Shown piece by piece: positions 55,938-64,000 of a stretch of 64,000 nucleotides of DNA. The first letter of the stretch is position 1, and every line of letters begins with the position of its first letter. The position numbers and the translations under genes were made by a program. Under the pieces are notes generated by a model, which was given only the letters and a program-made list of their open reading frames with translations, had not been told where the DNA came from and searched no databases. Origin of the DNA: Alistipes sp. (GTDB lineage Bacteria > Bacteroidota > Bacteroidia > Bacteroidales > Rikenellaceae); contig JAGCLL010000043.1 of the NCBI GenBank assembly GCA_017647025.1, positions 1,598 to 65,597 of the forward strand. The letters are read 5' to 3'.

Positions 55938-57473
55938 TTACTCCGCTTTCTCGTTGTTAATTGCGTCAATTTTCTCCTGTATTCTCTCGTGGCGTTTCAG
56001 ATATAACTCCTCGTGTTTGAGGGCTATTTCTGCCACCAATTTGTCGTCTTTGGTCGTTACCCACTCGTGGAAGAATTTGGTTGCTGCACTCATATAGGCA
56101 TTGCCACCAATATGGTTAATGAGGACACTACGCACTATGTATGCGATTTGCTCCTCTGTGAGCGAATTTACGACCTCAATGCACTTCTCCATAGTCAGGT
56201 GGTAGAAGTTGTCATCAGCGAGGTGTAACGCCTCAATTTGGCGTCTTTCCAACTTGCTCATTAACACTACGAGCATCGCTTGTTTCTCCTGCTCAGTAAG
56301 AGCACCAACAGAAAGAAAGTCAAAGCCCCACTTGCTGACCTTATCTCTAACCTCCGAGATGGTCTTCTCGGTTGCAATATCCTTGTTGCGCTTATCTTTG
56401 TTTTGGAGTTTCTGCACCTCGTCATCAACACTGCCGGGGGTTGCGGCTCCTTTGGTTTCTCGGTATGATAAAGAAATATCCATTGGGTGGTTGATAACCA
56501 CTGCTATCATCTTTTTGCCAGCCTCAACATCATCTCGCACTTCCTTTGGAATAACAGCACCCAATTTGGTCCACTCCCACCACGCAAATTGGTGTTCTTT
56601 GACATCAAAACCTGCCTCAACCAAAGTCTTTATAAAATCGCTATCCATACTATATGAGTATATATTGGCAGATGGATATCTCTTTTGGGCTTTCTCTATT
56701 TGGTGGATATGGTACTGCGTAATCTTGCGTTTGAGACAACTCCTGTCGTAACATCTTGCAGTAGCCTTTGACTCAAACAACATCAGGTTGGCCGAGTTGT
56801 TGATGCAGTTTTGGCATTCGGTAGTATCGAACTTCTGATTGGCAATAATGCCAGTATAGTGATGTTCTACCAATTCCAAAATGCGTTTAGCACTAAACCC
56901 CTGCCAACTCTGCCAACTACTCTCTGATGTAGAGAAATGGTCGTTGAAAACATCGTGCTGCACCTCGTGGCTGAACTTGCATAGTTCCATAACTTGTGCG
57001 ATTGACAAGGTTCCCTCTTCTGCAAGTTTCTTTATCTCGGGGATAAGATTTGACAACTTCAAACGCTGTCTTATAAAGAATTCGCTTTTACCAAATCTCT
57101 TGCAGAGGTCCGCAATGGTGTAGTTCTTATTGTCGATAAGGAACTGAAACGCATCAGCCTCCTCAAAAGGCGACACATCGTTTCTCTGCAAGTTCTCGGT
57201 GATGGCGATATCCATAGCCTCCTCATCGTTCAACTCTCGAACAATCGCAGGTATCTCGGTAAGACCTGCCAAATTCGCAGCTCTCCATCTGCGTTCTCCG
57301 CAGACAACTTGGTAACCGCCATCTAATGGGCGAACGGTAATAGGTTGCAAAACGCCTAACTCCTTAATGCTCTCGGATAACTCTTTGAGAGCATCTTCGG
57401 CAAACGCTTTGCGTGGGTTGTTCGGGTTTGCGTCAATCGACTTAATGTCGAGATAAACAATCTTGTTTTCCAT
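55938..57473 (-). CDS. ParB/RepB/Spo0J family protein
   Basis: NPRK.F, GVLQPI.VR, VCGERRWRAA, ENLQR; start ATG 57473. Confidence 0.88.
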   Translation of the reverse strand: MENKIVYLDIKSIDANPNNPRKAFAEDALKELSESIKELGVLQPITVRPLDGGYQVVCGERRWRAANLAGLTEIPAIVRELNDEEAMDIAITENLQRNDVSPFEEADAFQFLIDNKNYTIADLCKRFGKSEFFIRQRLKLSNLIPEIKKLAEEGTLSIAQVMELCKFSHEVQHDVFNDHFSTSESSWQSWQGFSAKRILELVEHHYTGIIANQKFDTTECQNCINNSANLMLFESKATARCYDRSCLKRKITQYHIHQIEKAQKRYPSANIYSYSMDSDFIKTLVEAGFDVKEHQFAWWEWTKLGAVIPKEVRDDVEAGKKMIAVVINHPMDISLSYRETKGAATPGSVDDEVQKLQNKDKRNKDIATEKTISEVRDKVSKWGFDFLSVGALTEQEKQAMLVVLMSKLERRQIEALHLADDNFYHLTMEKCIEVVNSLTEEQIAYIVRSVLINHIGGNAYMSAATKFFHEWVTTKDDKLVAEIALKHEELYLKRHERIQEKIDAINNEKAE

Positions 57474-57486
57474 AATGTCAATGTCT

Positions 57487-59142
57487 TTAATGATTTGTAA
57501 ATAAGTTAATAATGTCGTCCACAACGCTTTCCTCTATCTGCTCCGTAGAGCCGGTAATGGTTTGCGCTATGTCTTTTTTTGTTTGGATAATTTTATACAC
57601 CTGTTCATCGATAGTATCCTTTCCTAAAAAGTAGTAGCAAGTTACGCTATCCTTTTGTCCGATGCGGTGTGCTCGGTCTTCGCACTGCTCACAATCTGCG
57701 TATGTCCAAGGGAACTCCACAAATGCAACTCGTGAACTGGCTGTTAATGTCAAGCCTACACCTGCCGCTTTGATATTGCAGATTGCCAACAAACAATCCG
57801 GGTCGTTCTGGAACTTATCAACCGAGCGTTGCTTTTCAATATCACTCATACCTCCTCGAATAACTACCGCATTGGGGTATAGTTGTTTGAAGGCATCGCC
57901 CAACTCAATCAAGTTCATAAAGAGGATAAGTTTCTCGTTGGACTCACGAAGGTCGTCTATAAACTCTCTCACGCTTGCAACTTTACCTCGGGCAGCTATT
58001 TGTCGCAATACATTTATGCGGACTATGACCTCGCCTCTCATAGCCTTGCGTATTTTGTCATCGTCAGCATTGCGGTACTCCTTCAAATAGCGTATGAGGT
58101 TATCGTATGCGTCAGTATATTCCTTGCGGTTTGTAATGTCGCAGATAATCGTCTGTCGCATCTTCGATGGTAGGTCTTTGAGCACATCTTGTTTCTCTCG
58201 TTGGTAAAAGCAATTGAGATTTAGTTTATAGTTGAGCTCTCGCAGATTGCTCGCCTCCTTATCCCCGGCACAATAACGATTTACGAAATGCTTGTACCCT
58301 CCAAATTCAGGGAGCATATCCATAATGTGAAGTTGTGGAATAAGGTCTTTTGGCTTGTTCACTACGGGAGTACCAGTAAGTAACAAAACCATATCTTTAC
58401 CTCTTGCGATACCCATACAGAACTTGGACTGCTGTGTGGATCCATTTTTGCAACGATGACTCTCGTCAATGATTACCGACTTAAAAAGGTCCGTCAAGTT
58501 CTCCTTGAATTTGATGTGCGACAACATTAGGCGTTGCCCCTCTTTGTTGGTGAACTTATCCACGAAATACTTTTTGAGACTTTCGTAATTCACGATGAAG
58601 AACTGAACAAGTCCAGCAGACCAATACTGTGGCCAAGTTCTCATATTCTTGTCAGAGAGTATCATTGCTCTACACTTGCCACCAGAGAATTTGTCCACCT
58701 CTCGTTGCCAGTTGATTTTGAGCGTTGCAGGGCAGATTATCAAGCACGGGTATCGTTGAGCACCAATAACCGATGCTATGGCTTGTGCAGTCTTACCAAG
58801 TCCGGGCTTATCACCAATAATGGTGCGAGGGTGTTCAAGGCAATATGCCACTCCTTGTTTTTGGTATGGGAATAAATCTATACCAAGTGGAATATCTATA
58901 CCGAGTTCAGGGAGTGGTGGGATTTCTCCCACCTCCTCTGCTCTCTGCATTGTTCCCCACTGAAACCCGAAACGCTTGGCAAATGCCTCAACTGCACCCT
59001 TGCTTACCAAAGGTACTATCCAACTCTTGCTAACAGGGTCAAAACGGCGACCTGGTATCTCTTTTACTGCCGACACTATCATCGGAGAATAAGAGAATGC
59101 TATGCGGTAGTAGTTTTCGTATGTTGTAATCTGCCGTGTCAT
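57487..59142 (-). CDS. SNF2 family helicase with HARP-like N-terminus
   Basis: DKPGLGKT, DESH, LTGTP, GVGLTLT, QCEDRAHRIGQ. Confidence 0.92.
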   Translation of the reverse strand: MTRQITTYENYYRIAFSYSPMIVSAVKEIPGRRFDPVSKSWIVPLVSKGAVEAFAKRFGFQWGTMQRAEEVGEIPPLPELGIDIPLGIDLFPYQKQGVAYCLEHPRTIIGDKPGLGKTAQAIASVIGAQRYPCLIICPATLKINWQREVDKFSGGKCRAMILSDKNMRTWPQYWSAGLVQFFIVNYESLKKYFVDKFTNKEGQRLMLSHIKFKENLTDLFKSVIIDESHRCKNGSTQQSKFCMGIARGKDMVLLLTGTPVVNKPKDLIPQLHIMDMLPEFGGYKHFVNRYCAGDKEASNLRELNYKLNLNCFYQREKQDVLKDLPSKMRQTIICDITNRKEYTDAYDNLIRYLKEYRNADDDKIRKAMRGEVIVRINVLRQIAARGKVASVREFIDDLRESNEKLILFMNLIELGDAFKQLYPNAVVIRGGMSDIEKQRSVDKFQNDPDCLLAICNIKAAGVGLTLTASSRVAFVEFPWTYADCEQCEDRAHRIGQKDSVTCYYFLGKDTIDEQVYKIIQTKKDIAQTITGSTEQIEESVVDDIINLFTNH

Positions 59143-59148
59143 CGGTTA

Positions 59149-59757
59149 CTAACTTGCTTTGCGTAATGGCTTGCGTCCTCGCTTGGATTTTGGTTTCTTT
59201 TCGGTTTCTGCCTCTTCCGACTCATCTACATTTGTTGCATCGAGCGAAGAGTCAAATGGAAGTTCCTGCTGCTTGAATGCACACTTGTCGTGGAATAAGT
59301 ATTGTTCAATCTCATACTTGATGTGCTCCAACGCCTCAAAGAGTTCTACTACATAGGGATATTGTACCGAGTCGCTTGATACACTCGGAGCCGACAAGTT
59401 GATAACAGAGTGCTTGGTGTACTTGCCTCCGATGATAGTCAACGACTCTCCACTTGTTGAGTAGTTGATTTTGAAACCCGAAACAAATACTTTGTCGAGC
59501 AAATCACCGAAATCCCAACTTTCGATAGACTCAACACCCATCTCGATAGGGTCGGGCTTTACCTCTCGAAACTCACAAAGCATTGCAAAGTGAGGTTTGA
59601 GAGCGTTGATAGCATTCGCCAAATCCTCGTGGATAAGCGTGCCTCTCTTTTGCTTAAAGTCGTGGGTTACGACACTATCGGGCGTTGCCACGATCTCCTC
59701 GTACTCCACATTTAATGACGATGCGGACAGTACCGCAGATTTGATTTTAATTGCCAT
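59149..59757 (-). CDS. Hypothetical phage protein
   Basis: 202-aa ORF, TAATG-coupled. Confidence 0.6.
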   Translation of the reverse strand: MAIKIKSAVLSASSLNVEYEEIVATPDSVVTHDFKQKRGTLIHEDLANAINALKPHFAMLCEFREVKPDPIEMGVESIESWDFGDLLDKVFVSGFKINYSTSGESLTIIGGKYTKHSVINLSAPSVSSDSVQYPYVVELFEALEHIKYEIEQYLFHDKCAFKQQELPFDSSLDATNVDESEEAETEKKPKSKRGRKPLRKAS

Positions 59758-60176
59758 TAGAGATAACTTTTATATTGTTCGTAAAATTGAGTAAATACAG
59801 CGTCCTCGGGGAGTGGTAGAACAATACCCAACTCGGAACTCGCAAACTCTTGTATTTTGTTCAGGTACTCGGTGAATTGTTTGGTATCGAGTGTTGTCGT
59901 TGTTGGCGAGATAAATGTTACCTCTCGATTAAAACTCATCACTCGTTGCTCAAATCCGAGAAACTTCTGCTTGAAATACTCGTGCAGCGTATCTTTGTCA
60001 TTCCCCGTCTCATTTGCAATACAACCCAACCAAAGGAAGAGGAGGCGGTTTTGGTCAATAGTCCTCTTCTCACGATGCAGTTTGATAACCACATCATAAG
60101 CCTTGCCCTCGGGCAGTGAGTCGATATAACTCTTTACTGCCTCCTTGTCCTTGGTAGTATGAATTCTATAATTCAT
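59757..60176 (-). CDS. NinB-like recombination protein
   Basis: KRT.DQN.L...W...IA, TT.L....F..YL..I...A...GI.LP. Confidence 0.65.
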   Translation of the reverse strand: MNYRIHTTKDKEAVKSYIDSLPEGKAYDVVIKLHREKRTIDQNRLLFLWLGCIANETGNDKDTLHEYFKQKFLGFEQRVMSFNREVTFISPTTTTLDTKQFTEYLNKIQEFASSELGIVLPLPEDAVFTQFYEQYKSYL

Positions 60177-60186
60177 AGGTTAGGGT

Positions 60187-60567
60187 TTAGAATGGTGCAT
60201 CACCAAATTGTGGTTGTGGGGCTGGTGCTGGTTGTGGCTGTGGGGTAAAACCTCCGCCCATCTGCTGTGGTGCTGGTTGTGGCTGTGCTGATGGATAACC
60301 GCCACCATACGGAGGAACTACACCTCCACTTGGATATCCCTGCGGTGCTGTTCTCTGTTGAGTCTGTTGCTGTTCCTGAGGGAACAACTGCGTACTACCG
60401 TCCCACCAATTACCCGTAGGGAGAGAGTCGAAATTGGCTACGATAGAGCCATCATCGAATTGTACTGCGGTGCCAAGTCGCACCCACATTGTTTTCTGTT
60501 GTCCTTGACCATCGGTATAAGGCTTTGCCGCCGAAATGTTATACCGTCTTACTACATTTTTTGCCAT
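60187..60567 (-). CDS. Probable single-stranded DNA-binding protein
   Basis: K.Y...G..KT.W...G N-terminus, Pro/Gln/Gly-rich linker, DAPF tail. Confidence 0.65.
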   Translation of the reverse strand: MAKNVVRRYNISAAKPYTDGQGQQKTMWVRLGTAVQFDDGSIVANFDSLPTGNWWDGSTQLFPQEQQQTQQRTAPQGYPSGGVVPPYGGGYPSAQPQPAPQQMGGGFTPQPQPAPAPQPQFGDAPF

Positions 60568-60579
60568 AATCGTTTGTCA

Positions 60580-60765
60580 TTAAATTGTTCTTGTAATCGC
60601 TCTTGTGTGTCCTTTGCGTTCCTTCTTGCTCATTTCGTCCCAACAATCCCAACAGACTGCTGGGTAACCGTGAGTAAAAAGTTCGTCTTTGTCGGGGTGC
60701 TGAAAGTAGCAGCCACATATCTCGCAACAACTGCCATCGAGATAATCCATTGCTAACTCTCCCAT
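60580..60765 (-). CDS. Small Cys-rich (zinc-ribbon-like) protein
   Basis: CCEICG and C..C motifs; start ATG 60765. Confidence 0.55.
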   Translation of the reverse strand: MGELAMDYLDGSCCEICGCYFQHPDKDELFTHGYPAVCWDCWDEMSKKERKGHTRAITRTI

Positions 60766-61043
60766 TATTGCACCTCCCTTTCGTTGCAGATTAACACATC
60801 GCCACAAATCCAATCGCCATTAAATAAAGCGTGGTGTTCAGTGGCTATCTCGGTTGCCTCATCGTTCATCTCCAAAGATTGCAACTTGCCCTCCTCATTG
60901 ACGACCATTATACGACCATCATTCAATTGGATAATCTCGATGTAACCTCCAACAAACTTTTGGAGCTCTTCAAGTTGAAAGTTGGTACCATTCTTTGGCT
61001 CAACCTCCGTTCTAATTCCGTCTGTTTTAAGTAGTGTTGCCAT
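60765..61043 (-). CDS. DUF3846-like protein
   Basis: LEELQKFVGGYIE, VVNEEGKL..L..N..AT, I.GDV. Confidence 0.75.
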   Translation of the reverse strand: MATLLKTDGIRTEVEPKNGTNFQLEELQKFVGGYIEIIQLNDGRIMVVNEEGKLQSLEMNDEATEIATEHHALFNGDWICGDVLICNEREVQ

Positions 61044-61046
61044 AGG

Positions 61047-61808
61047 TTAGATGAGTGCGAAAACCTTTTTGTCTGTAATCTTATCTCTGTTGTTTTCGAG
61101 GAATGAGATAAACCACTCGCAAATCTCAATCAACTCGCTTTCAGTCTGCTTTGCATCATATCGGTAGTACTCGGTAAAAGTGGTGATTTTGCCACTCTTG
61201 GTAATCTCTGCCACATTGTACTCAAAGTGGTCGATGCAATTTCCCATCTTGTCGATGCAGTAGGGATAAACACGATGTTGCCAATGTTTACGGAATTTGC
61301 CAACCTCATATTTCTTGGTCGTCTTGATGTCGTGAATACCGAAAGACATCAACTCGTCAATGTATCCGTAAAGGAGAACATCTCCATATTTGGTTGGGAG
61401 TACGGCCTGACACAATACCTGCGGAATTGCTCCTCGATAGTAGTTTGCGAACTCCATACATATCGACTCGGGGAAACGATATATACGCTCTTTATAGGTC
61501 GCTACATACTCTCGTGTATCCTCGTCAAAGCAGATGCCCATACCTTCACGCTCACACGGAGCCCCGGTAATAAGCCAATCAACAATCTCGTTGAACGCTG
61601 TGCCTCGGTCTGCATCTTCGCTCTCGAATGGTACTCGGTTGATTGAGTTCAGGAGATCCTGCAAACACTTCTCCTCGAAGTCCGCCTCACTCATTGCTGG
61701 GTCTGCCGAGTTCCCCCAGTACTTTTGGTAGTTCTCGGAACTATCCAAATAGTACTGAAAGGAGTCGAGCAATGAGGGGTAAATCTTATATTTGATATTA
61801 CTGCTCAT
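61047..61808 (-). CDS. PD-(D/E)XK (Cas4-like) exonuclease
   Basis: RGTAFNE, YGYIDEL...DIKTT, Q..VY; paired with the Sak4-like gene. Confidence 0.75.
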   Translation of the reverse strand: MSSNIKYKIYPSLLDSFQYYLDSSENYQKYWGNSADPAMSEADFEEKCLQDLLNSINRVPFESEDADRGTAFNEIVDWLITGAPCEREGMGICFDEDTREYVATYKERIYRFPESICMEFANYYRGAIPQVLCQAVLPTKYGDVLLYGYIDELMSFGIHDIKTTKKYEVGKFRKHWQHRVYPYCIDKMGNCIDHFEYNVAEITKSGKITTFTEYYRYDAKQTESELIEICEWFISFLENNRDKITDKKVFALI

Positions 61809-62751
61809 CTGTTACGGGATTAGGGTCTGTGTAAGTTCTTGTCTCTGCGTTGTAGATATAGCCGAGTTGCTCAATCTTGCGTTTCAGCAACTGACCTGCG
61901 GCTGCTTTACTTGCTCCGATGTGGTGGTAGGTGTCAATACTCTTGACAAATGCGTTGGCAGTCTCAACCGAGCAAATCTTATCTATGTCATGGGTAAGTT
62001 GTTTCATTACCTCTGCATAGTCTCTGCTCAACTTTTGAATGCCGGCCAAGTGCTGATTGTACTTGGCAATCACCACCTCCTCGAAGAAATGGTTTGGCAG
62101 ACCGTTGCCATTAACATCTACGCAGCACGGAATGTCAATTACAGCAGGGAGGTTGCAGGTATTCTTACCATCGTTGCGACTGGTACCGCTAAATGTGATG
62201 GTCGCCTTGTTGCCACTCGCCTCGATATAACCCACCAAGTCGAGCTCAGTAACAAGTCCATCGTAACTGCTACCTCCGAAGAGAGGTACATATCGGGTTA
62301 AGTCGCCCTCGGTGCGTGTTTCTCGGTGTGCTACGAATATGAGGTGCTTGTCAAGCGACATCACCAACTTGCAGAACTGCGAGAACTCCGCCTTGCGAGC
62401 TCCATAACCTTGGAGAGTGAGAGAGCCATTTGCCTGGCCCATCTTTGCGTTGTGCTTAATGATATAGGCACTCATCATATCGAGCAACTTACCACCGGTG
62501 TCGATGACGATTGTCTTATATGCCGAGAGGTCCTCTTGGAGTACCGCCAGCACATCTTCGTAACAAGTAGCCTGAACGGTATCTTTGATGTGTGCAGGGT
62601 TGACACGCTGGATACCACCATCACAGTCGATAAGGAGTGGCGAAGGTGCCGAGAGTGCCATTGTGGTTTTACCCATACCGGCTTGTCCGTAGATGAGAGC
62701 CTTGATTTTGCTCGCTACCTGAATTTCATTTGGTTTTCTAATCAGAGTCAT
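61798..62751 (-). CDS. AAA family ATPase, Sak4-like annealing protein
   Basis: ALIYGQAGMGKTT, LLID.DGG, TIVIDT, IFVAH, LDLVGY. Confidence 0.82.
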   Translation of the reverse strand: MTLIRKPNEIQVASKIKALIYGQAGMGKTTMALSAPSPLLIDCDGGIQRVNPAHIKDTVQATCYEDVLAVLQEDLSAYKTIVIDTGGKLLDMMSAYIIKHNAKMGQANGSLTLQGYGARKAEFSQFCKLVMSLDKHLIFVAHRETRTEGDLTRYVPLFGGSSYDGLVTELDLVGYIEASGNKATITFSGTSRNDGKNTCNLPAVIDIPCCVDVNGNGLPNHFFEEVVIAKYNQHLAGIQKLSRDYAEVMKQLTHDIDKICSVETANAFVKSIDTYHHIGASKAAAGQLLKRKIEQLGYIYNAETRTYTDPNPVTDEQ

Positions 62752-63087
62752 TTTTGTAATTTTTTTGTTTGATTTGAAAAATTGTTTTACCTTTGTGGTG
62801 TCCTATTCGCAATCAACTTCTAATCAGAGTCGATTTTGTTTTGGACGATGTCAATGTTGGGGCTCTTCGGAGCCTCTTTTTTTTCTTCTATACCTTTCCC
62901 ATACGCATCTCGTTTTTGTGGTTTATACTCGTTAATTGCATTGGTTTGTGGTGGAGGGGGTGTCGCTCCCCCAATCTTGCCCGATACCGTGTTTCCCGTT
63001 ATCTTGTTTCCACCTCCCCTTTGGTGTGCCTCACGGCAGACCTACGGAATGAAAGTACCTATCAAAAGTCCGTGTATGTGTAGTACT

Positions 63088-63555
63088 TTATGGTTGTAAG
63101 TATTTTTCGAGTTCCTTGGTCGAAAAATCATTATCTGTTTTATCTCCGTCTTCATCGTAGGTCTGGCAATCAGCGAAGAGGATAGATGCTTGTGTAAGGT
63201 TTCGTTCTTTGCCCCACTCCTCGTGTGATGTTCGGAAGAACACCGAGCCTCTTGCTTGCCACACAACCTCGATTTCGTCATTTTTTGTGAAGAAACATTG
63301 TTCCCGGGTATCGAAATAACCCACGCCACCTGTTCTGCTCTCTCGCTCGATTTCTATATTTTCGAGGATATACCCAGCCATCTGCATATACATATCCTCG
63401 GTAACTGTTGTAGGTTTGATTACCTTACACTCGGCATCTTCAACTCTCGGGAATGTGAGGTTGTCGATAACCTCTCTTGCTGTGTTGGGGTTGAAGATTT
63501 GACCTATTGTCTGGAACAGTTCACTTGATTGTTGGGGTGTGATTACTTGCTCCAT
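63088..63555 (-). CDS. Hypothetical phage protein
   Basis: 155-aa acidic ORF. Confidence 0.6.
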   Translation of the reverse strand: MEQVITPQQSSELFQTIGQIFNPNTAREVIDNLTFPRVEDAECKVIKPTTVTEDMYMQMAGYILENIEIERESRTGGVGYFDTREQCFFTKNDEIEVVWQARGSVFFRTSHEEWGKERNLTQASILFADCQTYDEDGDKTDNDFSTKELEKYLQP

Positions 63556-63560
63556 AGTCG

Positions 63561-63758
63561 TTAGTGTTTAGGTATAATCAAAATAGGTTTTCTCCTCATT
63601 TGCTTGCGGAGTTTTCGCAATCGGAATGGGCGAGTAATACTCATTTTGGTAGAGTACCACCAGCGCCATAGGTAACCATACCAGATGACGAACTTGTTTG
63701 TTGTATGGTAAACTTCAAATGTCATCTCTTCGTTTGAGGTTGTTGTGTTGCTTGTCAT
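63561..63758 (-). CDS. Small hypothetical phage protein
   Basis: 65-aa ORF from ATG 63758. Confidence 0.45.
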   Translation of the reverse strand: MTSNTTTSNEEMTFEVYHTTNKFVIWYGYLWRWWYSTKMSITRPFRLRKLRKQMRRKPILIIPKH

Positions 63759-63796
63759 AGTCGAATTTGTTTTGTTGTCAATGTTCAATAATGTTG

Positions 63797-64000
63797 TCAA
63801 TGTCGGGGCGAGTTAATCTGTGTCAATGTCGCTGGCTCCAATGCTCGTGTCATCGCTACGGTGTTGTACATCTTTTTGAAACCGTGGGCTGTTCTTCGTA
63901 GTTTGTAGGTGATAATCCCTGCATCTACCCATCGAGCGAGTGTCGAAGAGGATATTTCGAGGAACTCACAGGCTTGCTTTCCGTTGAGCCATTTGCCACG
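63797..64000 (-). CDS. Excisionase-like HTH protein, 5' truncated (not in ORF track)
   Basis: Own translation RGKWLNGKQACEFLEISSSTLARWVDAGIITY..., HTH_17/Xis pattern, TGA at 63797. Confidence 0.7.
   Translation of the reverse strand, partial: RGKWLNGKQACEFLEISSSTLARWVDAGIITYKLRRTAHGFKKMYNTVAMTRALEPATLTQINSPRH

Larger units (their letters stand above)
26062..64000. mobile_element. Prophage inserted at tRNA-Val, extends beyond window end
   Basis: Integrase directly after the tRNA, then contiguous lysis, head, tail, terminase, replication and recombination genes; second att copy not in window. Confidence 0.93.

Noticed and set aside
60228-60290. TGCTGGTTGTGGCTG repeats as a contingency locus
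   Set aside because: They encode the Pro/Gln-rich linker of the SSB-like protein
61047-61808. Cas4 of a CRISPR system
   Set aside because: Paired with a Sak4-like ATPase and SSB-like gene, a standard phage recombination module; no array or other cas genes
62949-63014. Canonical tRNA gene
   Set aside because: No D-arm or anticodon arm and no TTC in the T-loop; kept only as a tRNA-like candidate
26062-64000. Second DGR target (extra VR)
   Set aside because: No other copy of the TR core or VRAV-type C-terminus seen by eye in this window; the rest of the prophage and genome are not visible

Overview
Bacteroidota (Alistipes/Rikenellaceae-like, inferred from the short RpoD and repeated TAnnTTTG promoter boxes) chromosome segment. 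Bases 1-26061 are host genes: TPR protein, MmcQ, mscL, a biotin-dependent carboxyltransferase, a WG-repeat pseudokinase, an arginine operon, apt, rpoD, degP, mtlD plus an OPA-type MFS transporter, mnmA, an SGNH hydrolase, an AspT/YidE transporter, rplY, pth and tRNA-Val(TAC). From the tRNA 3' end to the window edge is a tailed, probably siphovirus-like prophage (integrase, hicAB, lysis, head, tail, terminase, Mom-like modification, replication and recombination genes) whose far end lies outside the window. The main signal is a complete diversity-generating retroelement on the minus strand (target with VR, hairpins, avd, TR, RT). TR 29510-29593 and VR 30181-30264 differ at 12 positions, all adenines in the TR coding strand. 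DGRs are a known class; the notable points here are a TR lying in frame inside the RT ORF with no non-coding spacer, an FVDD active site, an apparent dedicated promoter and direct abutment to the hicAB operators. Other candidates: a 5S loop-E-like rplY leader, RPE-like palindromes flanking mscL and a tRNA-like structure in the phage early region. All protein calls come from motif recognition by eye, not database searches.
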